Source: Iphione sp. A-MEVVRFRX5
Taxonomy: Eukaryota
Direction: 5' to 3'
NCBI GenBank assembly: GCA_976226885.1
Contig: OZ320319.1
Location: 35,836,001-35,900,000, forward strand
Length of the DNA stretch: 64,000 bases
Position 1 is the first letter of the stretch. Every line of letters starts with the position of its first letter. Below, piece after piece: positions 62,353 through 64,000 of the stretch. Under the pieces are notes generated by a model that was not told the DNA's origin, did not search any database, and was given only the letters and a program-made list of their open reading frames with translations. The translations under genes and the position numbers were made by a program.

Positions 62353-64000
62353 TTACTGTGTATATATATGTGTACGCTTGCGTGCGTGTCTGCCTTTCCA
62401 TGTAGAAGTCCATATATAGATTAGAGGAGATACAGATAGGTTTACTTTATGCATTTTGAATGCACGATTTGGTATTATGATTGATTGATTGAATGAATGA
62501 ATAAATGAATGAATGCGCGAAGGACCACACAACTGCTTGTATATATACGTGTATATTTTGGAATCTGCCTTTTTGTACAAATGCCTTGGCAAACACAGAT
62601 CGTGCATAAATTGTGTCTTCTTTGTGCAAATGTCTCTGGAAAAATATCAAACATATTTGCCAATACCATGTTCATACATGAGCCATATTGCCATACGACT
62701 CATGCCTATTTCCATGTACTTTCAGCCCGAGATATGCCGGCTTATCCGCCAACAATGGGACATACTCCATTCTTTTATCTCATTTTGACCTTTGCTATGT
62801 CCCTTTTATTTTTAGTCGTATTTACTTGATGTAGGTCACCACAGCCAAACTAAATCAAAGCCTAAAAATTGAAACCAGCGTGTCGTTGTAAACCGTTAAT
62901 AGTACAGTGTTCCTAATGACATGGTGCTGCTCCTTTTTCATCCCTTCGACGCCTGTATGGGGGAGGGGGTTATATAGGAAGACGCCCGACGCCTCTAAGC
63001 ATGGCGCCCACCTGGCCTAACAAAGACGCCATTCCTGCCAGGTGTCAGTTTGCTCGTGGGCGGCGGTCATCTGTAGGTTTCTCCCGCTCTCCTAGGGAGG
63101 GAAGGACGATATGAACGTGTCGGGGAAGAGTGTGTGTGTGTGGTGAGGGGGGGGGGGTTACCACGCTACATTTCATCACCTGGCTACTGCCACCCTGGAG
63201 GTGTGGAGGGGGAAAGTTGGAATCTCTCCCAGGGTCATGGATAACAGTCCTTAAAAGGGCATAGGCGGGCGTCTGGCGTCTACATCTAACTGCGCAGAGG
63301 AGGTTTCTACGGTGTGGTCGAAGGAGTTTGCTTGCTACTGTTGCTCACGTCTCAATCGTGCGTAATGCATCTCTCCCGATTAAGAATAAATCACAGCAGA
63401 GAAGAATGGTTTGCTGTGGCTGTTCGTTGGCCCGACCACCGGCAGGCGGGGAGAGATGGTGTATAGTGAGGGTCGCCGGTAGCCTTGAAGGGGCGGGGGT
63501 GTCAGTTTGGCCTAAGGGCCAGCTACTGTCAGCGGTTTTATCCAGCACCGTGACATTGCCCTTTACTACCGCCCCCAACCTCCCCATCACCGCCCTCCTA
63601 CGACCATAACCGGGCGAGACCCACCTGGCCCTCGACGCCGCCCTCCTCTTCTTCCTCTGCGGCTGATGCAGGTAGGGCCGCAGACATCTGCAACCTAAGT
63701 ACGTCACGCATGGCCGTGCAAAGAGCGTCACGCCCGGCTGAGCAAAGTCCAATCCGTGACAGACGTGAGAGGTGGCCGCGCCAGCGCGCAGAGCAAACCA
63801 GAAGCAGTGAGTAGGAGGGTGAAAGTGGGGGGATGGTGGTGTGACTCGCAGACGCAATGAGAGGCTGGGTGGGGTGAGGTGGGGTTAGCGGAGACTGTGG
63901 GGTACATACAGAAGATGGTGCTGGCCAAGACTACTACCACTACTACTGCTTGTGGTGGAATGGCACAAGGGGCGGTGGCAGTGGCGCCCACCATCGTCTC

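Larger units (their letters stand above)
6607..64000 (+). other. Putative very long intron (>57 kb) of the ZEB-like gene, running past the window end
   Basis: The expected next exon (CPYCDRGYKR...-type C2H2 fingers) was not found by eye in any + frame, and no other recognisable protein was seen. Confidence 0.5.

Noticed and set aside
1-64000. CRISPR arrays, rRNA, tRNA, homeobox or reverse-transcriptase coding sequence
   Set aside because: None seen; the sequence is eukaryotic, and no repeat-spacer array or conserved RT/homeodomain motif was found by eye.

Overview
Eukaryotic, moderately GC-rich draft genomic DNA with four N-gaps. It is probably from a marine invertebrate and is amphioxus-like, a guess from composition and abundant TACATGTA only. 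The only convincing coding signal is two symmetric phase-1 exons on + (5455-5733, 6382-6606). The second encodes IQELLNRSDTAIIFPEP, which matches the ZEB-family motif lying just upstream of the first zinc finger, so the window is most likely part of a ZEB1/2 (zfh1-like) gene. I found no zinc-finger exon in the remaining ~57 kb, which therefore reads as one very long intron. It holds many CpG-rich candidate cis-regulatory modules: RFX X-box clusters, CTCF-like sites, a POU-octamer/Sox module next to a helically phased HES-type cluster, nuclear-receptor arrays, and a dense CACCTG/CArG cluster that could mediate ZEB autoregulation. Repeats include a small family of ~280-320 bp TTA/TAA-flanked MITEs, a 1.8 kb micro/minisatellite array bracketed by a 25-bp inverted repeat, and several short SSRs. 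Nearly all ORFs in the supplied track look spurious. All motif calls are by eye and functionally untested.
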